A stretch of DNA of 64,000 nucleotides, from positions 307 through 64,306 of the IMG/VR virus record IMGVR_UViG_3300044984_000411. One strand, 5' to 3'. Below, one piece after another: positions 37,683-47,032 of this stretch. The position numbers and the translations under genes were made by a program. The number at the start of each line of letters is the position of its first letter. Positions within the stretch are counted from its first letter, which is position 1. Below the pieces are notes generated by a model. It was not told where the DNA came from. It saw only the letters and a program-made list of their open reading frames with translations, and made no database searches. The DNA is from a virus. Taxonomy: Duplodnaviria; Caudoviricetes.

Positions 37683-38606
37683 TTACAGCACTCCTGGGCG
37701 TGTCACTGGCTTCTTGTATTTTTCTAGAATTTTATCTACTAGAATATTTCCAGTTCCCTCAAACACTGCTTTATCAAATTGAATTCTAAACTGGTCTGTA
37801 TTATATGAACCAACATAACGTTTGTAGTAGTCTAGTTTTCCACAGCTAATATCGTCAATGAGCAATTCGGTTGCTTTCTTTATGTCTGCTGGAACATTTA
37901 GGTATCCAACTTCAGCAATAATTTTGTAGTCATATTCTCTTGGGAAACCAGTATATCCATAAATTAGTTCGGTATAGTCTGAGCTAGATGCTGGTAGCAA
38001 TACTGGTGCTGACTCACTTCTATTTAGTTCTCCTGTATATGTTTGTGTAATTGCAGAACCATCTACCGTAAGCTCAAATGTTCTTGTTGTCATAAGAACG
38101 TTATTCTCATAAACAGAAATAATATTCTTTACGTTATCCCATACTGGAATAAAGTCGCTACCGTTTCCAATTGCAAGAATAGCTTTTTTGCTATAGTAAA
38201 ATCCATCTACAACAATTGAGTCAATGATTGCTCTGGCTAGTTGTTCGTTAGCTGCGTAAGTTGCAATGTCTGTAGCAGTGGTAGCCTTGGTGTTTGGGTC
38301 TACATAAGGTCTACGGACCTCATAAAAGTCTTCGTAGATTAGGTTGGCTGCTGCAGGTGTTGCACTAGTATTATAGACTTGAATTTTGTAATCAGCGTCG
38401 TACTTGAGTGGTACTGAGATGGTTAGTTTTGATGCAGAAGTAGTGGTAGCCTGTACAGCATCCATAACAAGAGTAGAGTCTGAAAGGTCTGTAACGTTTA
38501 CTCTTACTACTGTACTAACATATCCATCAACAACAATTGAAAACTCAAACTTTTGGGTTCCAAGTTGAAATGGTGTTGTTGTTGTGTCTACTCTAAGAAT
38601 CTCCAC
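37683..38606 (-). CDS. Head-tail adaptor protein
   Basis: VGYLNVPADIKKATELL...VDKILEKY, a gp15/gp6-like C-terminus. Confidence 0.65.
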   Translation of the reverse strand: MEILRVDTTTTPFQLGTQKFEFSIVVDGYVSTVVRVNVTDLSDSTLVMDAVQATTTSASKLTISVPLKYDADYKIQVYNTSATPAAANLIYEDFYEVRRPYVDPNTKATTATDIATYAANEQLARAIIDSIVVDGFYYSKKAILAIGNGSDFIPVWDNVKNIISVYENNVLMTTRTFELTVDGSAITQTYTGELNRSESAPVLLPASSSDYTELIYGYTGFPREYDYKIIAEVGYLNVPADIKKATELLIDDISCGKLDYYKRYVGSYNTDQFRIQFDKAVFEGTGNILVDKILEKYKKPVTRPGVL

Positions 38607-39016
38607 TAATTATCAAACGCCTCTTTAATTTCTGCTGGTGTTGCTAGTCTAGTGTGAACTCTTGTCAACCACTTCTCTGCTTGCACTGGTGTCAGGAAGT
38701 TGTAGCCACGCTTTACTTCTCCAACGCCTTCCCACATAACATTTCTAGTTGAGTATACTGCAACTGTTTCTTTTTTCTTTGGCTCTGCCACAATCTTTGG
38801 CTTGTCTTGTCTTTCTGCTCCTGGCGAACCAATAGCTCCGTTAACTACCATAACTGATGGGGCTGGTTTGCCACGCTTCTTTGCTGGTGTTGTAATTACA
38901 CCATTTTCGTTTGTTTCAATTCCTGCCTTTGTACCCGACGAGGTTACTTCTAGGCTTACTTGTACATCATCTACAACAATATCGGTTGTAGTTTCATTTA
39001 GTGTTTCATCTGACAT
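38606..39016 (-). CDS. Hypothetical virion-associated protein
   Basis: 136-aa ORF after the major capsid gene. Confidence 0.6.
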   Translation of the reverse strand: MSDETLNETTTDIVVDDVQVSLEVTSSGTKAGIETNENGVITTPAKKRGKPAPSVMVVNGAIGSPGAERQDKPKIVAEPKKKETVAVYSTRNVMWEGVGEVKRGYNFLTPVQAEKWLTRVHTRLATPAEIKEAFDN

Positions 39017-39049
39017 GATTTCCTCCAGTTTACATTATAGCAGATAATA

Positions 39050-39088
39050 AAGTAGAAAGGGGTAGAAGCCGAAGCTCCTACCCCCTCC
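39050..39088 (-). terminator. Intrinsic terminator after major capsid gene
   Basis: GGGGTAG..CTACCCC stem with downstream U-rich tail. Confidence 0.65.
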
Positions 39089-39106
39089 AAGTTGGGCAAC
39101 TCAAGA

Positions 39107-40201
39107 TTATAGGCTTGAGTCAACAGAATCGCTGTCAACGTATGCGATAGCGTCCTGCTCTTCCCACTGAATACCGAAACGTACGAATACGGTGTACTCA
39201 ATGGTGTCCTTCTTGGCAACGTACTCACGGTTTACAGTGATGTCTCGCTGGAAACCCCAAATGCGGTTGCTTGGGAAGGTTAGGTCTACGAAGCCTTCTG
39301 GGTAGTAAGGTACTTCCATAACAGGAATACCTAGTACACGTGTAGCACGAGCCTGACCGATAACCTGGTCAGTACCTGCAAGGTAAGCGTTACGGTAGTC
39401 TTCAGTCCAGATGTTTCCAGAAAGAGTTCCGTGGTTTCTTACGATGCCCTGGAATGCTGAGGTTCCTGCGTAGAACTTCAGACCATTCTTTAGAGCACGG
39501 TACTTACGAGGTAGACGGTCTACAACTTGCTGTAGAACCTCTGGTGTAAATGCGTTGTTAGCGATAGTAGCAACGTATTCGTGTGCATAGCCATCGGTCT
39601 TGGTACGGCTTACGAAACCTTCCATAATGTTAAGGAAGTTGTTCACCCCTGTACCAGTACCGTTGATTGCTAGGTCCTCAATGTCATTCGCAAATGCGTT
39701 TGTCATTAGACGGACTAGGTGGTCTTCAAGAGCCGCACCTTCAACGTTGTCTTCTAGAGCTTCAGCTGATACTTCCCAGTCAAGACGAATCTTCTTTGTA
39801 GTAAGTTCGACCTTTGAGAATGTAGCACCAGCGTTAGTGTATGTTGCATCACCCTGGTTAGCAGCACGGATAACACGCTCACCAACGTTAACTTTTTCAA
39901 GTTCCATTGTATTAGCTCGCATTGTTACACGGCGACCGTCCTTGGCTAGGACTGTACCATCCCAGACATAATCGATAAATCTACGTGCCTGTTCAGGACG
40001 TAGGATACCGCTTGCAGCAGAACCACTAGGGGTTACAGCGTTAGGACCAGTTAGTACACCAAATTCAGCAGTTGGGACGTTTCCGAGAGTTGAAGCTCCT
40101 GGGTTAGTAACGCCACCAATGCCACCTGAAGCGAAAGCACCTTCTGAGTTTGTCTCATTGGCACCAGCTCCTGGATAGTTTTTAATAATTTCTTCCGACA
40201 T
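39107..40201 (-). CDS. Major capsid protein (HK97 fold)
   Basis: GILRPEQARRFID, KKIRLDWEVSAEALEDN, DIEDLAING. Follows the protease/scaffold gene and has an AGGAGG RBS. Confidence 0.88.
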   Translation of the reverse strand: MSEEIIKNYPGAGANETNSEGAFASGGIGGVTNPGASTLGNVPTAEFGVLTGPNAVTPSGSAASGILRPEQARRFIDYVWDGTVLAKDGRRVTMRANTMELEKVNVGERVIRAANQGDATYTNAGATFSKVELTTKKIRLDWEVSAEALEDNVEGAALEDHLVRLMTNAFANDIEDLAINGTGTGVNNFLNIMEGFVSRTKTDGYAHEYVATIANNAFTPEVLQQVVDRLPRKYRALKNGLKFYAGTSAFQGIVRNHGTLSGNIWTEDYRNAYLAGTDQVIGQARATRVLGIPVMEVPYYPEGFVDLTFPSNRIWGFQRDITVNREYVAKKDTIEYTVFVRFGIQWEEQDAIAYVDSDSVDSSL

Positions 40202-40223
40202 AATTGTCACCTCCTAGTGATTT

Positions 40224-41486
40224 TTATTTGAATAAATCGGTTGTTTTGAGGAAACGACCGTCCCATAGGGATTTCTGAACCTGTTCTGGTTCAAACTGTA
40301 CGACATCACCGATGTCGCCAGACTTGCGGAAAGCGGTGTCAGCTTCAACAGCGTCTACTCTCTTTCCAAATTCGTTAAATACATCCTTTGATTCCTTTAC
40401 CTCAGTTTTTACGGAATCAATTGATTTGTTGAGTTCATCAACCTGAGCCTGTAGGCTCTTTACGATTGATGCAAGGTCGCTAAAGGCTGATGTTAGAGTA
40501 TCCTTGATTTCTGAAACTGCATTAACAACTAGTGTCTTTTCAGTTTCGTCGTCTGCTGGAGATACCTCTTCAGCTTCTTCTGCAGGAGCTTCTTCTGTTA
40601 CTTCTTCGACTACTGGAGCCTCTTCTGTAACCTCTTCTGATACTGCTTCTTCAACTACGGCATCTGCCTCTGGAGCAACCTCTACTGTCTCAACTGTGGT
40701 CTCTTCGACCACTTCATTTGTTGCGTCAGTCATAGGACTTTCCTCCTTTGTTATCTTAGAAGTTTTAATGCCTTTAGCACTATCAACTAAGAACTTTAGC
40801 ATTTCTGTTTTTTCGTTATCTGATTTTTCAACGAAACCAATGTTTTGCATAGGTACTCCTGAAGTTGGGCTAACCTCTGTTTCATTTTCAGAAAGCAGAA
40901 CTAGTCCAGACTCAGAGTCCCAGAACACATTTTCGATAACAGTGTCCATGCCTTTAACAACATCAACACCATCAACTTTTTCAACAGAAAGAATATTTGC
41001 AAATTGGTTGGCTGGGGTGTCTACAAGAGAAAGCTCAACAAGGTCATAGTCTTTAATAATTCTAACCTTGGAGTCCATGCTCTCATCGTAGCCATCATCC
41101 CACTTGTTCATCTTACCACCAATTGAGAAACCCGAAAGGGTTCCATCCAAAACCTTTTCCCAAGTGTCTTGAGCACCCTTGGATACGTAGGCTGAAACGT
41201 AAATGCCAGAGTACATCTTTTTTGTCTCTGGGTCGAAGAACTTGTCTTCTTTAAAGGAAACCATTTTGCCAACAGCAAGAGGCTGGTGCATTTCACGAAT
41301 GTTTCCACGGAACTTTTGGAAAGCCTGTAGAGAGGCTTCTGGAGTGACAATATCATTTTGCTTATCTAGGTTATCAAGTGTAGCAAAGCCAGAGACGATG
41401 CGTCTCTCTTTATCTACCTTGTTGAATGGCATCGACAGACGAACGTTGTCGCCATCGGTATTCCAATGAGCCTTTTGAATAGTCAT
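40224..41486 (-). CDS. Prohead protease fused to acidic scaffold-like domain
   Basis: VSGFAT, REMH, GFSIGG, ELSLVDTPAN (HK97-type protease), then an E-rich linker and coiled coil. Confidence 0.88.
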   Translation of the reverse strand: MTIQKAHWNTDGDNVRLSMPFNKVDKERRIVSGFATLDNLDKQNDIVTPEASLQAFQKFRGNIREMHQPLAVGKMVSFKEDKFFDPETKKMYSGIYVSAYVSKGAQDTWEKVLDGTLSGFSIGGKMNKWDDGYDESMDSKVRIIKDYDLVELSLVDTPANQFANILSVEKVDGVDVVKGMDTVIENVFWDSESGLVLLSENETEVSPTSGVPMQNIGFVEKSDNEKTEMLKFLVDSAKGIKTSKITKEESPMTDATNEVVEETTVETVEVAPEADAVVEEAVSEEVTEEAPVVEEVTEEAPAEEAEEVSPADDETEKTLVVNAVSEIKDTLTSAFSDLASIVKSLQAQVDELNKSIDSVKTEVKESKDVFNEFGKRVDAVEADTAFRKSGDIGDVVQFEPEQVQKSLWDGRFLKTTDLFK

Positions 41487-41543
41487 ATTACCTTAATTAT
41501 ATACCCTTTTTATAAGTATTGTTACTATATTGTAACATACTTT

Positions 41544-43142
41544 TTATTGTACTGCTCTACCCTCACCCTGGGCGTTTCGTCCAGTGGTGGTTGCAGTGCT
41601 GTCAGACGCATTGTTTGCTCGCTCTGCGTCACGCTGTCTGTTGCCAGCGAGGTTAGCACGAGCATCTGTAGCCTGTCTAGATGTCATTTGAAAAGGCTCA
41701 TCTGCATCTGGTCTTTGTGGTAGACCAAGAATTTCACGAGCTTCGTTTGGAACCATAATCTGGGTCTTCACGTAACGCTCAAGAATCTGAGACTGTGCAA
41801 TTTCATCTGTAAGAGTCAGCTCGTTAAACTTGAGTTCAAGAATGTCTGTCTTTTCTTTTACAAGTCTGTTAATAAGCTTTTCAATGTTACGTTGTGCTGG
41901 TCTTGCTACCTGCTCCTTAAACGTACGGTCTTGTGCTAGGGCAGCTGCAATAGATGCTGCATCACCGCCACCAATCTTGGAGAGTGGAACTTGGTGAGCA
42001 ACTAAGATATCGTCACGGTTACGGACTCTGTATTCATTAAATGATGCCTCCTGTACGCCATTTTCAATCGGTTCCATTTTAAACTCAACCTTATTAGTGT
42101 CTGAGTCTCCTGGAAGTGGGATGTAAAGAGTTCTGTGCGACTGCCCCTTTAGGCTAGTCTGCAAGAACCTAAACATCTTGTCTTCTGCATCTGACGATAG
42201 CTTTGCACCTTTTAGCGTTACAACATAGCGTGGCACAGCCTTGTTGCCAAAGTAGTCGATGTTATATTGCGATGCTAGCTGGTCTCCCTGCAATGCTGTA
42301 ATTGCTGAGATAATGTCTGGCACACCATAGTAAGTGTTTAGTGGTGAGTATTCTTTAAAGTGAATAATCTCGTTTGGTCTCTGGTCAGAGGTGATTGGAT
42401 TTGGATTCTTTGCACCAAAGTTGCGGAAGTAAACAACCTTTTCTCCAATAATCTGAACGTATCCATCCTTTAGTCTGCGTACACGCATTGTGGTTGTAGG
42501 GATGTGACCAACATAACCAATCTCTCCAGTAACAGTTCTACCAATTTCCATGTAGCCATTACCAGTTGCCTGAAGGTCTGTGTAAATTTTCATCATTGTG
42601 TGTGTAAACGAGTCTTCGTCGTTCATACTTTCTAGCCAGTCTTTTAGCTCTACCTTGGCACGTTCTACTCTGCTACGTGCTCTTTTAACTGCTGCCTGGT
42701 CTTCCATACCTTCTAGACGCATTGCAGTTCTATCTGTAACGTGGAAGTCATAGCCAAGACCAACAATGTTTTCTACCTTAGCATCGATGGCAGCGTGGTT
42801 AGCAAATGAGGTGTCATAGTAATTGGCAAGTTCATATAGATTCCATGGTGGAGTAATTACATCAAACAGACCATAACCATTCTTAAACACCTTGCCAGGA
42901 TTTAGCTCTTTTGACTTTGCCCCACCAATACCTGCACTAACAGCCATAGCACTGTCAAGATATGCCTCGCTGTTTACATCTGCCTTAGATAGCTGACGTG
43001 TAGAACGTCTCTTAAAGTTTAGGTCAAGACCGTTTAGACCTTTTAGGTCGTCCCACGATTTTACAAATGGGTCTTGCTTTTTAAACAGGTCTTCTTCTGC
43101 ATCAAATTCTGGCAGAGAAGCACCAATAATATATTCTTCCAT
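41544..43142 (-). CDS. Portal protein
   Basis: TGNGYMEI, EIIHFK..SP...YYGVP, YFGNKAVP, PNEAREILGLP. Confidence 0.9.
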   Translation of the reverse strand: MEEYIIGASLPEFDAEEDLFKKQDPFVKSWDDLKGLNGLDLNFKRRSTRQLSKADVNSEAYLDSAMAVSAGIGGAKSKELNPGKVFKNGYGLFDVITPPWNLYELANYYDTSFANHAAIDAKVENIVGLGYDFHVTDRTAMRLEGMEDQAAVKRARSRVERAKVELKDWLESMNDEDSFTHTMMKIYTDLQATGNGYMEIGRTVTGEIGYVGHIPTTTMRVRRLKDGYVQIIGEKVVYFRNFGAKNPNPITSDQRPNEIIHFKEYSPLNTYYGVPDIISAITALQGDQLASQYNIDYFGNKAVPRYVVTLKGAKLSSDAEDKMFRFLQTSLKGQSHRTLYIPLPGDSDTNKVEFKMEPIENGVQEASFNEYRVRNRDDILVAHQVPLSKIGGGDAASIAAALAQDRTFKEQVARPAQRNIEKLINRLVKEKTDILELKFNELTLTDEIAQSQILERYVKTQIMVPNEAREILGLPQRPDADEPFQMTSRQATDARANLAGNRQRDAERANNASDSTATTTGRNAQGEGRAVQ

Positions 43143-43522
43143 TACTCTTCATCTCCATAAAGTGCGATTGTCTGCTTGGCAGCGTGAACAGCACCCAGGT
43201 CGTTAAGGTTAGGAATAAGACCTTGCTTCATTCTGTCAATTTGCTCGCTGTGTTCCTCGTCTGTGATTCTTCCAAGACCAGGGTAAAAAATTGGGTGACC
43301 GTTAGGTTCTCCGTAATATGTTGCAGCATCTTTAAGTTTTGCAATCTGAGATTCGTCATTTTTCTTCGATGGAATATTTAAAATGTTGCCGTCGTCGTCA
43401 GTAAATGGCTTTCCATTTTCACGAATCCAAACATAAAGTCCCCAATCGTAATGCTTTTCAATTACTTGAATACGAGCTTTGCTCAGGGCTTGCTCAACTG
43501 GGTCTAGTTTTTCTTGTTTCAT
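43142..43522 (-). CDS. Hypothetical protein
   Basis: ORF upstream of the portal, with an apparently leaderless start at 43522. Confidence 0.6.
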   Translation of the reverse strand: MKQEKLDPVEQALSKARIQVIEKHYDWGLYVWIRENGKPFTDDDGNILNIPSKKNDESQIAKLKDAATYYGEPNGHPIFYPGLGRITDEEHSEQIDRMKQGLIPNLNDLGAVHAAKQTIALYGDEE

Positions 43523-43540
43523 AACCACTAGTATACCACA

Positions 43541-46500
43541 TTATGCAGGTTCAATGGTTATTTGTGACGACTTTACGTCTGTATAGATTGTATAGTTAAA
43601 GCTATCGACACCAACATATGACTCTGACGCATATCCACCAGCTGAATTTCTTGATGTTCCAGTAAATGTCTTGTAGATTTCTTCTGACGATAGTCCACGA
43701 ATCTCTGTACCAGATGATTGAGATATAATATCCGACCAAACACCTGTTGTGTAGTCGTTCCATGTTTGAAGCGAGTTTGTGTCATAAAGAACATTAATCC
43801 AAATATTTTCTACCAACACAAGACCATGTTCGTCTCCAGACTTTAGCTGTGCATAAACAAAGTTATTCATGAGCATTGGTCCAGAAATATTTATTGTCCC
43901 AGCTTCACTTGTAAAGGCGTAAACTGTTTTAAACTTTATTCCAAGAGTAAACCATTCGTCTAAAGATACTACTGGATACTCTGTCTTTATTCCATTGATA
44001 TAATATTCAACGTCAGTATAATCAGTACCGCTTTCATTCTTGGCAAAGATTCTTGCTCTTGTATTTGCTGTATTTACTGAGTCTATATAGAATCTTATTT
44101 TTGTATCTGGATTATCTGTTATGTTTACTGTTTCAAAAATAAGAACGTCGCTTGTAGAAAATTGTTCAAGATTAAACTTTGCAACCATCTGCAAGAATCC
44201 TATTTCAAAAGTGTCGGAGAGTTCAGTGTTTATATTAATATAGTATCCGTTTGAGGCTGACGGTGTTCCTGTTATTTGCATACCAGAGTTTGACGATAGA
44301 TAATAATATGGCAAAGTAAATTTAGGCAATACTGCTGCAGATACGTTTCCATAAGGAATTAAGTTTGTTACAGTAGACGTTCCAAATTCTGTTGGATTGG
44401 AAGAGTCTGTATTTAGCCCCTGTCCAGTAATTTGCAAATGCCTAATACCAATTGGCTTCATGACTAGGCTATCTGCATTAACTTCAATATGTGCAACTAC
44501 AGCTAGCGTTTCTAGGTCAGCAGTAGTGGGTATATAAATAGCTGTTCCGTCTACCATCTCATATTTTGTATTTGCATATCCAGATGATGATGAGATTACA
44601 TTTGAGCTTGTTACTCTTGAAGATGTGTTGTAAGTCAGTACGTCTGCTTCTGCACCAGATGCAAGTGTTTGGAATGTTAGATAAGTTCTTGCTAAAGATG
44701 ATGATGTGTTGTATTCATTCGAAGAAAATGATATTGGCTTTGGATAATCTACATTAAACTGTAGATAGTCTAGGGCGTATTTTGTTCCAGTTGGGGCTTC
44801 AACATACTTTGCAAAAAATGACAATGGAATAGATTCTTGCCAATACATATTAGTAGCAATGTCCAAAAATATTTTAGAGTCAAACTTGTTTAAAAATAAC
44901 GTGTAGCTTGCTGTGTGAGAATCTAGAGTTGCTGCTGTTCCAGTAAAAAATCCATCGGAATCAAATTCTGCTGACACTTTAGACAAGTTTCTTTTATCCA
45001 TAAATCCAAACTTATAGATTTTTCCAGTAAATGTCGTGTCTGTTGTAAACGCTTCATCACCACCAATATACAAAATTAGATTTTTGTGGTTACCAAAAAA
45101 CTCAGAGAAGTTTGGGTCTACATTATCGATTAGGTCTTGAAATACAACACCTGCTGCAAACTTTGTTCCAATCACATTTCCAGTCGCTGTATACAATGCA
45201 CTACTTACTGTGCCATTGTAGCTAAACTTATAAATAATTTTATCTGTAGTAGACTCCCTTATTGTGTATGCTTCTAGATAGTCTCCATTAATCTTATTAA
45301 ATATTTTAAACAAAATTTGCTTAGTTGTATTGTTTTCTGAACGTGTAGCAACAATATAAATACCCTGAGTTTTATTAATTGTTGGATTTATATTGTCAAA
45401 AAGAATATGGCTTTCTGTGGAATTCCATCCTGCTGTTGGTTGTAGGTCAATATGGTCATATGGTGAATTTTGAGCCAATAGCAAGTCTTCATCTGTAAAC
45501 GTTGCTGATGGAGCCAGAACAATTGTTGGGACAGTATATTTAGGTGACTTTAGAATGTTTGTTTCTGAAATACAGTTGCTTAAAATTCCTTCAGTCCACT
45601 GGTATTTTTGATTGTTTCCGTATGCTCTGTTACTTCCATAGTTTGCAAAAGAATAGTCTGGAAAAATAGAGTCACCGTCATATCCAGATACGAGTTCATC
45701 TTGAAAATGTTTTGTTCCCTGACCATAAACAAATCTTTTTTGTGCCAAAACTTTATCGATAGCATAGGCATAAATTGCAACACAGCTAACTTCTATTCTT
45801 GGAATATCTGTGTAACAGTAAAACCCTATCCAGTCTTGAATATCGCTACTTCCGTCAAAGTATTCTTCTAAGGCAACGTCTTCAATGTCGTAGTTTATTG
45901 CTCCAATAAAATCTCCGTTAATAAACATTTGTGCTCCAGATATTGAAGTAACTACCTGTAGCAACATTGGTCTATCCCACTCTCCAACATAGTGCGACAA
46001 TGTATTTCCAGCAATATTTAAAATTAGATGTGGTCCGTCAGCATAGATTCCATCGTTGCCAACAATTGGTCCAATGATTTTCTTTGCTTCTGATGTACCA
46101 GCTTTTATTCTTAACCATGTTTCAAATGTTCTTGTTTTTGTCTTTTGCGATTCATTTAAAAATCCATTTCCTGGAACTATTAGGGATGGCAGTCCATCGT
46201 TATAAGAAAGAACTGTTGAATTTGAGGAACCATAAACAAGTGGAAAAGAAGAACTTCTTGCTCCAGCAACTGCATCGCTAATAACGTAATATCCAGCATT
46301 TGTTGTAGAAGAATAGGCTGGAGCTTCAACAGCTGTTACGTTAGTTCCTGTTAGTGGAATTGTTGCTGGAATAGTCGAAGAAACTGAACCAAGACTTTCC
46401 ATATTTGCATCTTCTGCCCACTTGCCAACAGATAGTCCATTTATTAAAATAGAAACTGAATCTGAAACTGTTGGAAGATTGTAGGTAAATCTAATTACTA

Positions 46501-46966
46501 TGTTTGCTCCAGTTGGTTGTGCATTAAATGTTGCCGAAGCAAACTCCCAAGAATAAAAATCTGATGTTAAAATTTCGTCTGACCACTGAACTGCTCCAGC
46601 TCCAATCTTATATCCAATTTCAAGTTTTGATATATATGGAGTTGTTTTAAAATAATAAAATCCAATTGTAAAGGTATCTTCACTTGAAGAAAATGTAAAG
46701 TTGCTTGTTGCTGTAAAGCTGCTACTACCAGTACCAACAACTCCAGTCTTAGACACTTCTGTTACAGTTGTTCCAAGTTTATAGTATGGTGGCGTTGTTT
46801 GGTCAAACGGTGCTCCTGCTGCACTGCTTGTGTATGTCCAAGAAACTAGGCTTCTGTTTGTATCTGAAATTAACGACAGATATTTTAGGTCATTGTCTAG
46901 TGTCCATAGAGCGATTGGGTGCTCTGCAAAAATTTTTTCTGCATAAAGATTAGAAGGATTAGCCAT
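43541..46966 (-). CDS. Large virion structural protein (LamG/concanavalin-like domains)
   Basis: AEHPIALWTLD N-terminus, TFETWLR, beta-rich, 1141 aa. Confidence 0.6.
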   Translation of the reverse strand: MANPSNLYAEKIFAEHPIALWTLDNDLKYLSLISDTNRSLVSWTYTSSAAGAPFDQTTPPYYKLGTTVTEVSKTGVVGTGSSSFTATSNFTFSSSEDTFTIGFYYFKTTPYISKLEIGYKIGAGAVQWSDEILTSDFYSWEFASATFNAQPTGANIVIRFTYNLPTVSDSVSILINGLSVGKWAEDANMESLGSVSSTIPATIPLTGTNVTAVEAPAYSSTTNAGYYVISDAVAGARSSSFPLVYGSSNSTVLSYNDGLPSLIVPGNGFLNESQKTKTRTFETWLRIKAGTSEAKKIIGPIVGNDGIYADGPHLILNIAGNTLSHYVGEWDRPMLLQVVTSISGAQMFINGDFIGAINYDIEDVALEEYFDGSSDIQDWIGFYCYTDIPRIEVSCVAIYAYAIDKVLAQKRFVYGQGTKHFQDELVSGYDGDSIFPDYSFANYGSNRAYGNNQKYQWTEGILSNCISETNILKSPKYTVPTIVLAPSATFTDEDLLLAQNSPYDHIDLQPTAGWNSTESHILFDNINPTINKTQGIYIVATRSENNTTKQILFKIFNKINGDYLEAYTIRESTTDKIIYKFSYNGTVSSALYTATGNVIGTKFAAGVVFQDLIDNVDPNFSEFFGNHKNLILYIGGDEAFTTDTTFTGKIYKFGFMDKRNLSKVSAEFDSDGFFTGTAATLDSHTASYTLFLNKFDSKIFLDIATNMYWQESIPLSFFAKYVEAPTGTKYALDYLQFNVDYPKPISFSSNEYNTSSSLARTYLTFQTLASGAEADVLTYNTSSRVTSSNVISSSSGYANTKYEMVDGTAIYIPTTADLETLAVVAHIEVNADSLVMKPIGIRHLQITGQGLNTDSSNPTEFGTSTVTNLIPYGNVSAAVLPKFTLPYYYLSSNSGMQITGTPSASNGYYININTELSDTFEIGFLQMVAKFNLEQFSTSDVLIFETVNITDNPDTKIRFYIDSVNTANTRARIFAKNESGTDYTDVEYYINGIKTEYPVVSLDEWFTLGIKFKTVYAFTSEAGTINISGPMLMNNFVYAQLKSGDEHGLVLVENIWINVLYDTNSLQTWNDYTTGVWSDIISQSSGTEIRGLSSEEIYKTFTGTSRNSAGGYASESYVGVDSFNYTIYTDVKSSQITIEPA

Positions 46967-46984
46967 GATATTAATTCTACCACA

Positions 46985-47020
46985 TAAAGAAATGCCCTGC
47001 CGAATTAACGACAGGGCATA
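46985..47020 (-). terminator. Intrinsic terminator after RNR gene
   Basis: ATGCCCTG..CAGGGCAT stem followed by TTCTTT on the minus strand. Confidence 0.7.
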
Positions 47021-47032
47021 ACTCTATTTTGA